Shown one piece after another: positions 47,690 through 60,131 of a DNA stretch of 64,000 bases. This DNA is from Octopus bimaculoides (taxonomy: Eukaryota), in NCBI RefSeq assembly GCF_001194135.2, contig NC_068987.1, forward strand, positions 49,522,104 to 49,586,103, read 5' to 3'. The notes beneath the pieces were generated by a model. The model was not told where the DNA came from. It did not search any database and saw only the letters and a program-made list of their open reading frames with translations. The number at the start of each line of letters is the position of its first letter. Position 1 is the stretch's first letter. A program made the position numbers and the translations under genes.

Positions 47690-48455
47690 ACAGAAAGCAA
47701 GATACAAAGACAGGTGTGGGAACAACGAGCAGATGTATTAATTTAACACTCAGGAAGAGTGGAAAAGTCTTTGACGTTTCAAGCCTGTGCTCTTTGTCAG
47801 AAAGGATTGAGAGGAAGAAATGGAGAGAGAATGAAAGATAATGGTGAGAGAAAAAATGTGTAGTGATTAACAGTTCAACATGAAATGACCAGAAGAGGCA
47901 GAGTGAAACAGATAATAATGGTAACTGGGCTGAACTAGGGTGCACAAGCGAATGCATGTATGTGAGGATAGTGTGTGTGTGAGTGTGTATGTGTGAATGG
48001 GAGTGAGCGTGTGTGAATGTGTAGCCAAGCTTAAAATTATGTAGGACTTTGTGTATGTGTGAGAGCACATGTATGTATACATACATATATACAATAGGTT
48101 TTTTTTCAGTTCCGGCCTACCAAATCCACTCACAAGGCTTTGGTTGGCTCAAGGCTATAGTAGAAGACACTTGCCCAAGGAGTCATACAGTGGGACTGAA
48201 CCCTGAACCATATGGTTGGGAAGCAATCTTTTTACCATATATATATATATATATATATGGTAAGAAGCTTGCTTCCCAACCATATATATTTTTTCTTTTC
48301 ATTTTCTCTCTATTTATTTCCTCTTATTCCTTTCTGTCAAAGAGCATAGGCTCAAAACAAAATACTTTTCTATTTTTCCCGAGTGACTAACTAATACACT
48401 TGCTTGTTGTTCCTACACCTATCTTCATCTTTGTTTTTCTATAAATTTGAACTAT
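47690..48455. repeat. Inverted pair of PLE-like tails (47690-47835 minus; 48290-48455 plus) with loop-less hammerhead-like relics
   Basis: rc of 47767-47804: CTTT-CTGACAA-A-GAGC ACAG GCTT-GAAAC-GTC-AAAG; 48330: CTTT-CTGTCAA-A-GAGC ATAG GCTC-AAAAC. Confidence 0.65.
48095..48240 (-). mobile_element. SINE family 1, 5' half
   Basis: rc match to the family head and body. Confidence 0.8.
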
Positions 48456-48477
48456 ATATATATACATATATATGTTT

Positions 48478-48825
48478 GTATGTTGGCGCTCCGTTGCTTA
48501 TGACGTCGAGGGTTCCACTTGATCCGATCAACAGAACAGCCTGCTCGTGAAATTAACGTGCAAGTGGCTGAGCACTCCACTGACACGTGTACCCTTAACA
48601 TAGTTCTCAGGGATATTCAGCGTGACACAGTGTGACAAGGTTGACCCTTTGAATTACAGGCACAACAGGAAGTAAGAGTGAGAGAAAGTTGTGGTGGAAG
48701 AGTACAGCAGGGTTCGCCACCATCCCCTGCCGGAGCCTCGTGGAGCTTTAAGTGTTTTCGCTCAATAAACACTCACAACGCTCGGTATGGGAGTTGAAAC
48801 CGCGATCCTATGACCACGAGTCCGC
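48478..48825 (-). mobile_element. SINE family 4 (tRNA head partly in gap)
   Basis: rc GCGGACTCGTGGTCATAGGATCGCGGTTTCAACTCCC...GCACGTTAATTTCACGAGCAGGCTGTTC... Confidence 0.8.
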
Positions 48826-48973
48826 NNNNNNNNNNNNNNNNNNNNNNNNNNNNNNNNNNNNNNNNNNNNNNNNNNNNNNNNNNNNNNNNNNNNNNNNNNN
48901 NNNNNNNNNNNNNNNNNNNNNNNNNNNNNNNNNNNNNNNNNNNNNNNNNNNNNNNNNNNNNNNNNNNNNNNNN

Positions 48974-49028
<55 letters not shown>

Positions 49029-49929
49029 TATACATACACACACACATACACATATAATCTTTGGCTATAATATAATTTGAATGTTCCTTGTGTTATATAT
49101 GCTATGATTTGAAGCAATTTTCATTTTCTGAAGTGAGGTTTGGTGGTATGTAGAAAAGGTATAATTGTTTTGGTAGTTGGATGAAATAAAGCCACGTGAT
49201 TGAATTTAGATATAGCAAAAACTGAATTAGATGGACAGGATTTATCTTTGACCTTGTTTATATTTTACTTTAGAACATCATATCATAATTCTGCTTGTTC
49301 CTTCCTTAGTTACTTAGTTCATCTGTCCGTTACGCTCTTCATATAATATATATAATATGAAGTTAATATGCTAATAACTATGTATGTATGTATGTCCCTG
49401 ACATGTATATCATGCTTAGTTGAAAGGAAGAGGTAAGAAAGGAAGTGGTAAGACTTGAAGGAAGAGAGAGAGAGTGATAGAAAGTGTGCATATAACTACA
49501 GTAAACTTTCGATGTTACTTTTCCTTTTTGATACAGAGGAGGAACAGAGAGGTACTGAGAGAGAAAGAGTCAGAGTGAGAAAGAGAGGGAGAGAAAGGGA
49601 GAAAGAGAGAGTGGTGATAGAATGTATGTGTGTGTGAATGTGTGACATTCTCTGTGTGTTTATAGACAGACAGACAGACAGACACATAGATAGGCACACA
49701 CATATATATACATACATGTATAGATATGTATAAACTGTAAATCGGGGATGGATTTTTATCTATATGTCTAATGAAACAAATTTTGAAATTCAAATCAAAT
49801 GTTATTCAAACGTAATCTGCTTTGGACAAATATATCTATCTAATAAAATAAATAAATAAATAAAATTTTGAAATTGAAATAAAATTTTTCTCAAAATTTT
49901 TGTTTATCTGACCCTAGTAACACAACCAC

Positions 49930-50560
49930 TTCATCTTGTACAACTTCCTCAAAACTTGCCAGTATCACAATATATTATTGAACTTATACTGAAGTATAAT
50001 TTTTCTGCCGATGGAAAGTCTGTTAAATCCCAGAAACTGACTAGCCATATATTTTTCCAAACATCATTAATAGCTGAAGATTTCACTTCCTCCTATGACT
50101 CAGCTATGTTGATTTATATTGTGTCAGAATTAACCAATTTTGTCTAGTTATGTAGGCAGCAAAACTAGTGGATATTATATCATATTCACTTGGTTGCCAT
50201 TTTCAACACTAGAAGTATTTTTTGAAATTCACAGAAGGCAGTCTTTGGAGACTCGAGCTAATTTTCTAATTTCTTGATTGTCACTGTCAATATTTATATT
50301 ACAAACATTATGGCGATATTTTAATAAGTCATAACTTCTATTATTATCCCACTTTTCTTCTTCAACAAAAAAGATTTGACATTGAATATTTTTCAAAGAA
50401 ATTATTCAATATATCTGTTATCATAATATTATAGGCCTGTAAAAACAGTTCTACCGTGTTTCTTGGTAATCTAAGTCTATTTGTTTGGCAAATTCAGCAC
50501 ATTTATTGCAAAAACAATAAAACCGTTTGTATGAGTTTTTTTCTATGACAAGACTTAGCA
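49930..50560 (-). mobile_element. Tigger/pogo (DDE_1) transposase relic
   Basis: Minus frames INIAES*EEVKSSAINDVWKNIW and IISTSFAAYITRQ match the Tigger NIAEAWEEV..WKKLW and DQGIIATFKAYY regions. Confidence 0.6.
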
Positions 50561-52061
50561 CAAAGAAATCCAGTCACTGGTGGATAGCTGAAGTGGTTAC
50601 CAGAATGAGATAACAATTTTTAGGAAGTTGAAAAATTAAGGAAGGAATGTGAATACACAGATGTGGCAATATAAGTGTTATCAATATTGATGGAGATGTC
50701 AAGGAAAGTGACAGATGTATCAGAAAGAGCAGAAGTACATTTCCAAAGACAGCTGAAAATATTGACTTAAGAACTGAAGTTAGTGAGTTCAATCCTAGAG
50801 AAAGTAGTGGTACCAATACATCCAATGATATAATGACTGTGTAATTGTGGATTGAACCAATTACAAGGTGCCATGCAGTGGGACTGAACCTTGAGCCTGA
50901 GGTTGGGAAGCAAGCTTCTTACCATATATATATTTAATTTCTGCCAGCACTGACTTCAAGTATGTAATTGCAGGCAATAACTCAATAACTCGGGCTCCTT
51001 TTATTGAGCCTGGTCGCAGTTCATTTATTTTCCTTCAGCATCTGGCAGTCATCTTAGAGGTGCCCTGTGTGAAAAACCATCATTCATAGTAGATGTTCTC
51101 TCGACATTGTTCTCACATGCCTGATTCGGGCTCAGAAGTTACAGCCCGAGTTGTTATCTATAATCATAAAAATTAAAAGTAATTCAAACTCAATGTTTTT
51201 TTGAAACAATAAATTTCGATAGAGATTAGGATTTAAATTCCAGTCTATGAAAAGTTTCTGTTCTACAATATTCTTAAAAGAACAAAAATTTATCCAGCAA
51301 CTCAGGCTAATACGAATGAGCCTGGTAGGTGTAAAAGGCTAAGTGGTATATCTTGTTAAGAGTACAGGCAACAGTCAGATCGCTGATGTTTGTTGTGTAN
51401 NNNNNNNNNNNNNNNNNNNNNNNNNNNNNNNNNNNNNNNNNNNNNNNNNNNNNNNNNNNNNNNNNNNNNNNNNNNNNNNNNNNNNNNNNNNNNNNNNNNN
51501 NNNNNNNNNNNNNNNNNNNNNNNNNNNNNNNNNNNNNNNNNNNNNNNNNNNNNNNNNNNNNNNNNNNNNNNNNNNNNNNNNNNNNNNNNNNNNNNNNNNN
51601 NNNNNNNNNNNNNNNNNNNNNNNNNNNNNNNNNNNNNNNNNNNNNNNNNNNNNNNNNNNNNNNNNNNNNNNNNNNNNNNNNNNNNNNNNNNNNNNNNNNN
51701 NNNNNNNNNNNNNNNNNNNNNNNNNNNNNNNNNNNNNNNNNNNNNNNNNNNNNNNNNNNNNNNNNNNNNNNNNNNNNNNNNNNNNNNNNNNNNNNNNNNN
51801 NNNNNNNNNNNNNNNNNNNNNNNNNNNNNNNNNNNNNNNNNNNNNNNNNNNNNNNNNNNNNNNNNNNNNNNNNNNNNNNNNNNNNNNNNNNNNNNNNNNN
51901 NNNNNNNNNNNNNNNNNNNNNNNNNNNNNNNNNNNNNNNNNNNNNNNNNNNNNNNNNNNNNNNNNNNNNNNNNNNNNNNNNNNNNNNTTGTAATTAAATT
52001 ATGGAGTATTAATTGAAATGGCTATAAGAAATGAAGATGACCAATTTATTAAAAATAAATA

Positions 52062-52555
52062 TTGGGTCATCCCATAAATAATGTGGATTTTTTATACTTC
52101 TTTTACTTTTCAAGATTAAAGATATACAAAGTTTTTTTTTTAAATCTAAAATATACTCTCCTTCATTTTCTACAATGCTCTTCCATCTATCTGGTAGACT
52201 TGCAAAACCCCACTTCCAAAATTCACTTGTCCGTGATGAAAAATACTCCTCCAGTACTTTTCTGACCTCATCTACAGAATTCATATTTTTTCCATCCAAA
52301 TGATTTTGAAGATTGCAGAATAAATCATAATCAGTTGGGCAATGTCCAGGGAATATGGTGAGTGGGGCATCATTTCCCATTCAAACTGCTCCAGCCTTTG
52401 GAATGTCATCCTCACTGTATATGGCTGAGCTTTATCTTGAAGGAAGAACACCTTTCATCTTGAAATCAAAGATGGTTGTTTTTCTTCTAGCACTGACTTA
52501 AGCTACTCAGGCTGCTTGAAGTAGATCTCCTTTGTTATCATTTGATTTGGGTTGT
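52062..52555 (-). mobile_element. Mariner family A copy 3 (3' third, with TIR)
   Basis: TA|TTGGGTCATCCCATAAATAA; FPGHCPTDYDLFCNLQNHLDGK...WKSIVENEGEYILD. Confidence 0.92.
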
Positions 52556-53129
52556 GAATGTCAGTGTGTCACACTTTTTCAACTTTACTCCTAGAGGCCG
52601 TAGCCCAAAATATCATACCATTTTGGAATCAAGCTGACTCCATGAGTAAATTAAAAATATTCTGGGCCAAATCCAGACCCACAATCCTGAAATTTTGAAT
52701 TCCCAAGTTTTCATTACTGTGATTGTTTTTGGCAATTTTTTTATGTGACTTTTTGTGAAAAATTTTTTTGTAAGATAACAATTTTTATAATCTAAAGGCT
52801 AACTCCATGAGTAAATTAAAAACATTCTGGGCAGCTTTTAAGCTACTGCTTCATATATACCTGTTGCTTTAAGGGAATTTCATTCCCCAACAATACTAGG
52901 TATTGAACCAGTATTTCCTTGGATGCAACCATCCCTTCATGAGGTTAACATATCCTCTAATTAAATTTTATATGTGTATGTATATACACACACACACATC
53001 TTTTATAGTCTTGCCTGTGCGTCTGATGGAGCCCCTTTGATGATAGAAATATACAGAGGTTTATATCTCTCCTAAAAGTGTGAAACTTCCCACCAGATAC
53101 TAAATGTTCATTGCTTGGCACACCAGCAG

Positions 53130-54070
53130 TATTTAGTAGCAAAAAATATGAACAGTGGATTGAATGATGTGCTACAGTTAGTTATCAAGACTGTGAACAA
53201 ATTGAAGTCCATTCCCTAGTCTGATCGAATTTTCTGTCAACTCTGTTTGAGAAATGATAAGGACCATACTAAACTCTTATACCATACAAAATTGTGGTGG
53301 CTGTCAAAAGGAAACTGCGTTTTACGCTTTGTTGAACTGTTTCATATAATCAAATCTTTCGTTGAAGATACTCCACCATCCACTTCATTGATGGCTGCAA
53401 GGTTCTATGTCTTTTTTCTTTGTGATGTATTCACAAAATTAAAAGATTTGAATAAGTTATTGCAAGGAAACAGAAAAAGCTCTTGTTGATTGTAAATCAT
53501 TTATCACTACCTTCATTTCGAAATTGGTGTTATATAAGACTAACATTTCAAAACATTAATTCCATCAATTTCCACAACTTGATTCCTTGGAAGATGAAGT
53601 GGTTGATGAAGATTTAACTATATATCACAACTATTTACAATCATTGCATGATAACATGGTGGCGCGATTTCAAGATGTTATTGCGCTGAATATTCCAAAC
53701 TGGTATAGCAATCCATTTGAGATCAATACAGACAATTACGAGAATGATGTTCAGGAGGAATTGAAAGAATTACAAAATGACAATGACGCCACACTGTGAT
53801 ATCATTGTAATGGCAAAGAAGGTTTGTAGTACCATCAGAGTATACTGAATTCCTATTCCAGTCAGTGAAAACATCTGATATTACTTTTGCTTGCCCTCCC
53901 TACCTCATACCTGGTTGAATCTGGTTTTAACCATGTTGGAACTTTACTTTCCCATATAAGAATTGGACTGGGTGTGACACAATGAGGAGACTTGCAGCTA
54001 ATGTTGACAAGTTTGAAACCGAATATATCTGCACTAGCTGCATTACACCAGACACATGGTTCTCGTTAAA
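53130..54070 (+). mobile_element. hAT (Buster/ZBED5/FAM200-like) transposase C-terminal relic
   Basis: LVAKNMNSGLNDVLQLVIKTVNK..LLYHTKLWWLSKGNC..DVFTKLKDLNKLLQG..PTSYLVESGF..GDLQLMLTSLKPNI..QTHGSR*. Confidence 0.9.
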
Positions 54071-54500
54071 AAAGTTTTATTCTTTTCCTTTATAATACAA
54101 TCATTAATTATTTTTGCATCAGTAGTTCTGATCAATGGTTCATTTGGGGAAATGAAAATCAGTGTAAAAGAAAGCACAAGTTTCCAGGAGTTAATCTGAC
54201 TGAAAAATATAAAGTTAAATTTAGAATTTTATTGGCACTAATGGCAAAACTAAACCCACAATAAGGGATTTGTAAACAACCACATATTTAGTCCAAACAG
54301 CACTAACAGGGCAATGAGTCTACAATATAGTGTGAGTGTCAAATGATATGGGGGGTTCCTAGGGGATTTTGTGTCGGGGGGTTGTGTCAGGTTTTTTTTT
54401 ACATAGGTGGGCGATGGAGCATTTTTTGGCTGAAAGGTGGACAATATTGCAATTTGGCATGAAAAATTTAGGAAACACTGCTCTAATCGATTTTTATATA

Positions 54501-55250
54501 TCCTTATATATATGAAAAGGAGATTCTGTCCGTTTGTTTGTTTGTTCATTTGTTTGTCAACCAAAATNNNNNNNNNNNNNNNNNNNNNNNNNNNNNNNNN
54601 NNNNNNNNNNNNNNNNNNNNNNNNNNNNNNNNNNNNNNNNNNNNNNNNNNNNNNNNNNNNNNNNNNNNNNNNNNNNNNNNNNNNNNNNNNNNNNNNNNNN
54701 NNNNNNNNNNNNNNNNNNNNNNNNNNNNNNNNNNNNNNNNNNNNNNNNNNNNNNNNNNNNNNNNNNNNNNNNNNNNNNNNNNNNNNNNNNNNNNNNNNNN
54801 NNNNNNNNNNNNNNNNNNNNNNNNNNNNNNNNNNNNNNNNNNNNNNNNNNNNNNNNNNNNNNNNNNNNNNNNNNNNNNNNNNNNNNNNNNNNNNNNNNNN
54901 NNNNNNNNNNNNNNNNNNNNNNNNNNNNNNNNNNNNNNNNNNNNNNNNNNNNNNNNNNNNNNNNNNNNNNNNNNNNNNNNNNNNNNNNNNNNNNNNNNNN
55001 NNNNNNNNNNNNNNNNNNNNNNNNNNNNNNNNNNNNNNNNNNNNNNNNNNNNNNNNNNNNNNNNNNNNNNNNNNNNNNNNNNNNNNNNNNNNNNNNNNNN
55101 NNNNNNNNNNNNNNNNNNNNNNNNNNNNNNNNNNNNNNNNNNNNNNNNNNNNNNNNNNNNNNNNNNNNNNNNNNNNNNNNNNNNNNNNNNNNNNNNNNNN
55201 NNNNNNNNNNNNNNNNNNNNNNNNNNNNNNNNNCGGGTCAAACACTATAG
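54501..55250 (+). mobile_element. Possible non-autonomous Helitron (mostly in gap)
   Basis: A|TCCTTATATATATGAAAAGG..(GTTT)n head; CGGGTCAAACACTATAG immediately after the gap. Confidence 0.35.
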
Positions 55251-55394
55251 TTCAGAGGACATAGAATGACAATATGTGACGATGTGAATGTTCCGAGTCC
55301 TTTCCCCACCCCGCCTTTCGTGAGAGCGCATTTTTTTTTTCATATTCGTTTAGAGCAAGTCGTTTTACATCTATTACACTATTTTTCTTTTGTT

Positions 55395-56265
55395 TCTTGG
55401 CTTCGGTGAGGCGTCTCGGAGCATTCAGGATGTGGATGTTCACCACCAATGAGCGGAGGGTGCGAACCAAAGGGGCTGCGGAGATGTTGGTAAAGCGTCG
55501 ATTGGGAATATTGCGTGAACTAACTGCAGAGTTCGATCTGAAGCTGAGTGTGTTATTTTTGTGCCTTCTGGGAAGAAGAGGGCAGACGTCCTAACTAGGG
55601 TAAAGCGAGCCTGGTTGCAGGTTCTAGAGGATGCGGAGCAGGCTGTGACTGCAGTATGTTGTCTGAATGACTCGGAGTTGAGGAGACTGCATACCATGCC
55701 TCACATGGGAGTGGACAGGACATTGTTCCTAGCCAGGAAAATCGACTCCGAGGTAGCGAGGCGGAGCGTGCAGAGAGTGGTTAGCAGCTGTGACAGGTGC
55801 CAGTCTATTGACCCTGCTCCGGGCGTACATGAGGTGGGAAGTATTCCAGTGGACCACAACTGGAAACAACTGGCAGTGGACATAACACACTACCAGCAGG
55901 GGACATACCTATCAATAGTTGACTGCGGACCGGGGCAGTTGGCCATATGGAGGGAGATGAAGACGGGGACTGCAGAGGAAATCGCGAGAGTATTAAATGA
56001 GATATTCCTGGAACGAGGCCCCGTGGATGAGCTGCTGCTGGATAATGGCACTGCATTTCGCTCGGAGGTGCTGAAAGAAATGCTTGATGGGTGGCAGGTC
56101 AGCCGCTTCTTCAGGGTGGCATACCGGCCAAGTGGAAATGGAGTGATGGAAAGGCATCATCATACCATCAAGACCATGGCAGAGAGGGGCCAAATTTCAC
56201 CAATCAAGGCCGTATTTTAGTACAATATGTCGCCCAGGTCAGAACACGCTGAGGAGTCGGTGCCA
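55395..56265 (+). mobile_element. Older LTR retrotransposon, RNase H end and integrase (left part)
   Basis: RVRTKGAAEMLVKRRL..HMGVDRTLFL..CDRCQS..LAVDITH..LLLDNGTAF..GVMERHH; visibly diverged from the 58.9-59.8 kb homologue. Confidence 0.93.
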
Positions 56266-56510
56266 NNNNNNNNNNNNNNNNNNNNNNNNNNNNNNNNNNN
56301 NNNNNNNNNNNNNNNNNNNNNNNNNNNNNNNNNNNNNNNNNNNNNNNNNNNNNNNNNNNNNNNNNNNNNNNNNNNNNNNNNNNNNNNNNNNNNNNNNNNN
56401 NNNNNNNNNNNNNNNNNNNNNNNNNNNNNNNNNNNNNNNNNNNNNNNNNNNNNNNNNNNNNNNNNNNNNNNNNNNNNNNNNNNNNNNNNNNNNNNNNNNN
56501 NNNNNNNNNN

Positions 56511-56695
56511 GAACGGGGTTGTTGTCAGGAGAGGACGTGCTAAGCGACGGTCTAGGTTTGGGAGAAGCAGCTGCTATTCCTAGTGTTCTTCGGGTCGGGG
56601 CAAGCTTCGAGGATCGGATACCGCAAGACAGACTTGCAGTCGAAGAAAGAAAACCGAGGTAAGGCGATTACATCTACTCGCACGCATACACCACA
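56511..56695 (+). repeat. 5' LTR of the younger element (visible part; inferred start ~56409 in gap)
   Basis: Identical to 60234-60362 over the overlap; ends ...ATACACCACA, the inverse of the TGTGGT start at 60132; inferred LTR length ~287 bp. Confidence 0.9.
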
Positions 56696-56730
56696 AGCTA
56701 TTTCGGCCCCACGTGTAGAAATTCGCCGCG

Positions 56731-57496
56731 ATGGCAGCCAAGATTAGAATCGCCAGCGACGTGATCAGGCCTTTTAATGGCGAGGGAGATGTAGTGGCCT
56801 GAATGCGAAAGATCAGGCTTGTGGCGAAGCTGCAACGGATAAGTGATGTGGCGAGTCTCATGGCGCTATGCTTGGAAGGGAGCGCCCTGACCCTGTATTT
56901 AGAAATGGACGAGGAAGAGAGGTTAAGTGCGGAGAAGATCGAGCAGAAATTGAGAGAAGCATATACGGAGAGCGAGTACGCTGCCTTTGGTAAACTGGGA
57001 ACTGTTAGATGGGAGGGGAGAACAGGTGGATGAGTACACGGCGGAAGTGCGTAGGCCGGCCACGCTGGCTGGGTTTACGGGAGAAGGCCTGGACAGAGCG
57101 GCGCGGCTGGCGTTTGTGAGTGGATTTCCTGACGACGTAAGGATTCGATTGCAGCAGTTGTCTGGAGGGAGAAAGATGGCGCTCAGCGAGTTAGTAGTAC
57201 AAGCTCGCGTGTTGACACAGCACGTCGGACGGAAGCCGATAGCGATGGCGGCGACGGAGGCGCGTTCCGACAGACGACGGCCGGAGAAAGGCGTGAGGAA
57301 GCCTACCGAGCAACGACAGCGGCCGTTCTCGGGTCGGTGTTTCAAATGTCAGGGGTCGCACATGGCGAAGGAATGCGCCGAATCAGGGCCCGTCTGCTAT
57401 CGATGCAGGAAGACTGGGCACATCGCCCGTGATTGCGACCAGGGAAACGACCGTGGGGAAGTTGCTGCCTCTCAAACGTTCCCCGCAACCGAGTAG
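56731..57496 (+). pseudogene. gag: gag with two CCHC zinc knuckles; one TGA (56800) and one frameshift (~57020)
   Basis: MAAKIRIASDVIRPFNGEGDVVA*..; CFKCQGSHMAKEC and CYRCRKTGHIARDC. Confidence 0.92.
57442..57484 (+). promoter_or_regulatory. -1 ribosomal frameshift signal (G GGA AAC plus downstream stem)
   Basis: Heptamer in gag phase at 57442-57448; 6 nt spacer; GGGGAA (57455) pairs with TTCCCC (57479); the -1 frame is open into the protease. Confidence 0.75.
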
Positions 57497-60099
57497 AGGC
57501 GCTTGTGGAGACGTTGCCCGTAGTCGAGGTCGAGGGGAAGAAGTTCAAGGCCCTCGTGGACACGGGTTGCACGACTACCCTCGTGACACCAAGGGTAGCG
57601 AAGAAATGAGATGAGGCGAGTAGCGTCCGGGCGGTCGACGGTAGAGAGATCCGTTGCAAGGGCAGCTCCAGTCTGGAGATAGCGTTACCAGGCGCGGCGC
57701 TAAGGCTACGGGTGATCGTGATCGAATATGTGATAGACGNNNNNNNNNNNNNNNNNNNNNNNNNNNNNNNNNNNNNNNNNNNNNNNNNNNNNNNNNNNNN
57801 NNNNNNNNNNNNNNNNNNNNNNNNNNNNNNNNNNNNNNNNNNNNNNNNNNNNNNNNNNNNNNNNNNNNNNNNNAGAGAGATGGATCAAGGAAGGAGTCCT
57901 TGTCCCGTGGAAAGAAGAGGTGGTGAGTGGAGTGCTACCTCTGATGGCGGTGGTGCAGCCGACGAAAGGAAAAGTCAGACCGGTGCTGGACTTTAGGGAG
58001 CTGAACGAACATATATCGTGCTACACGGGAGGCGAGGCAACGGACGTTTGCGGTGAGACGTTACTTGTGTGGAGACATTCAACCAAGGCAGCGACGATCG
58101 TCGACTTGAAGTCGGCATATTTGCAGCTCTGTGTGAGTAACAAGCTGTGGCGATACCAACTGGTGCGGTACAAGGCCGGACGTACTGTTTAACCAGGCTG
58201 GGTTTCGGGCTGAATTCCGCTCCGAAAATTATGGCGATGGTGCTCGAGTCCATCCTAGGGAAAGAGGAGAGGATAAGGAAGGCCACCAGTTCCTACATCG
58301 ACGACATTTTGGTTGATGAGATCGTAGTGCCAGCCTCCGAAGTAGTGAGACACCTGGAGAGGTTCGGGCTGATTGCGAAGCCGCCTGAGTCGATGGTGGG
58401 GGAGCTGCGCTGGGGCTGAAACTACAGAAAGACAGATCGGGCGAGCTGGTGTTCCGGAGAGGAAACGAGATCCCAGAGCTGAGTTCCAGCGTCAGCAGGA
58501 GAGAGTTGTTCTCGGTTTGTGGGAAGTTGATTGGACACTACCCGATCGCTGGATGGCTGCGCACTGCGTGCAGTTACACCAAGAGCGGAGGGGGAGAGTT
58601 GGGGTGATAAAGTGGGAGAGACGACGGTGGCGATGATGCGGGAAATCCTAGAGAGGACGAGAGCGGAAGATCCGGTTAGGGGAAACTGGTATGTGCCCAA
58701 GACGGAATGCGGGACGGTTTGGTGTGATGTTAGCAGTATAGCGATAGGGGTTGTGTTGGAGATTGAAGGTGCTGAGGTGGAGGATGCGGCCTGGCTACGG
58801 AAAGCGGACGACTTCAACCACATCAATGTCGCCGAACTAGACACGGTGCTGAAAGGGGTGAACTTGGCCCTGAGATGGGGGCTGCGATCGATCGAGATCC
58901 GGACGGATTCGGCCACCGTGGTCGGCTGGGTAGGAACAGTGATTACCAGAGAGAAGAGAGTCCGGACGAAAGGTGCCGCGGAGGTGTTGGTGAAACGCCG
59001 CCTAGGAGTTCTAGGAGAGCTGATCGCCGAATTCGGACTGAAGCTGAACGTGGTTTTCGTACCTTCGGAGAGAAACAGGGCGGACGCACTGACCAGGGTG
59101 AAAAGGGCGTGGCTGGAGGAACCGGAGGAAGCAAGGAAAGGGATAGCAGCAGCGTGTCGGCTGGGTGACTCCGAACTGAAGGAGCTACATGCTATGCACC
59201 ACTTGGGGGTGGATAGGACCCTGTATCTAGCGAAAATGATTGATGCTGACGTCACTAGGAGAAACGTCAAGAAAGTGGTCGCGAAATGTGACAGATGCCA
59301 GTCCATTGACCCCGCCCCGGGTGGGCATGAGCAAGGGAACCTCTCAGTAGAGCGCAACTGGAGGAGACTAGCTGTGGATGTGACGCACTACCGTCAGGGA
59401 ATGTATCTCAGCATGGTCAACTGAGGGCCGGGCCGGCTGGCCATTTGGAGGGAGCTGAGGACAGGCATTGCTGATGAGATTGCCCGCATTTTGAACGGGA
59501 TATTCTTGGAGAGGGGTCCCGTGGAAGAACTGCTAATGGACAACGGGGCGGCGTTTCGTTCGGAAGCGTTGGGGGAGATGCTCGACCGGTGGAAGGTGCG
59601 ACGATTGTTCAGAGCGGCGTATAGGCCGAGCGGCAACAGAATCGTTGAGAAGCACCATCGGACGATCAAGGCCATGGCTGAAAGGGGACACATTTCGCCC
59701 CTGGAAGCGGTCTACTGGTATAACATGTCTCCCCGATCCGGACAAGCGGAAGAGTCTGTGCCGCACAGAGCAGTGTTCAAGTATGAATGGAGGCATCCTA
59801 GTAAGACGCCGGAGTGCTGCGAGGAAGAGAAGGGACCCGCCGGCGTGAAAGTAGGGGAGGAAGTTTGGGTCAAGCCGCCGAAGGCACGCTGCACATCACA
59901 ATGGGGCAGGGGAACAGTGACAGCGGTCAATTCCAGAAACAATGTATACGTGGATGGAATGCCGCGTCACGTGCTAGACCTGCGCAGGATAGCCACTTCG
60001 TCGGATGAAGAGCGCGATGGAAACGAGGCACCCAGCTTGAGAAGATCTCGACGTGTAAGGCGCCCGCCCGGTTGGATGGCGGACTTCGAATTGGAGTAG
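57448..60099 (+). pseudogene. pol: pol: protease (LVDTGC), RT (LDFRELN, YIDD), RNase H, integrase (HHCC, DDE); several stops and frameshifts
   Basis: ORF pieces 57920-58192, 58147-58419, 58531-59424 and 59491-60099, plus the hand-translated protease; ends PPGWMADFELE*. Confidence 0.95.
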
Positions 60100-60131
60100 G
60101 GGTGAACGTGATCTTTAACATCAGGGTGGCG

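Noticed and set aside
56218-57610. TGG to TGA/TAG nonsense changes as evidence of deaminase hypermutation
   Set aside because: Only about three cases; cannot be separated from neutral decay without a consensus.
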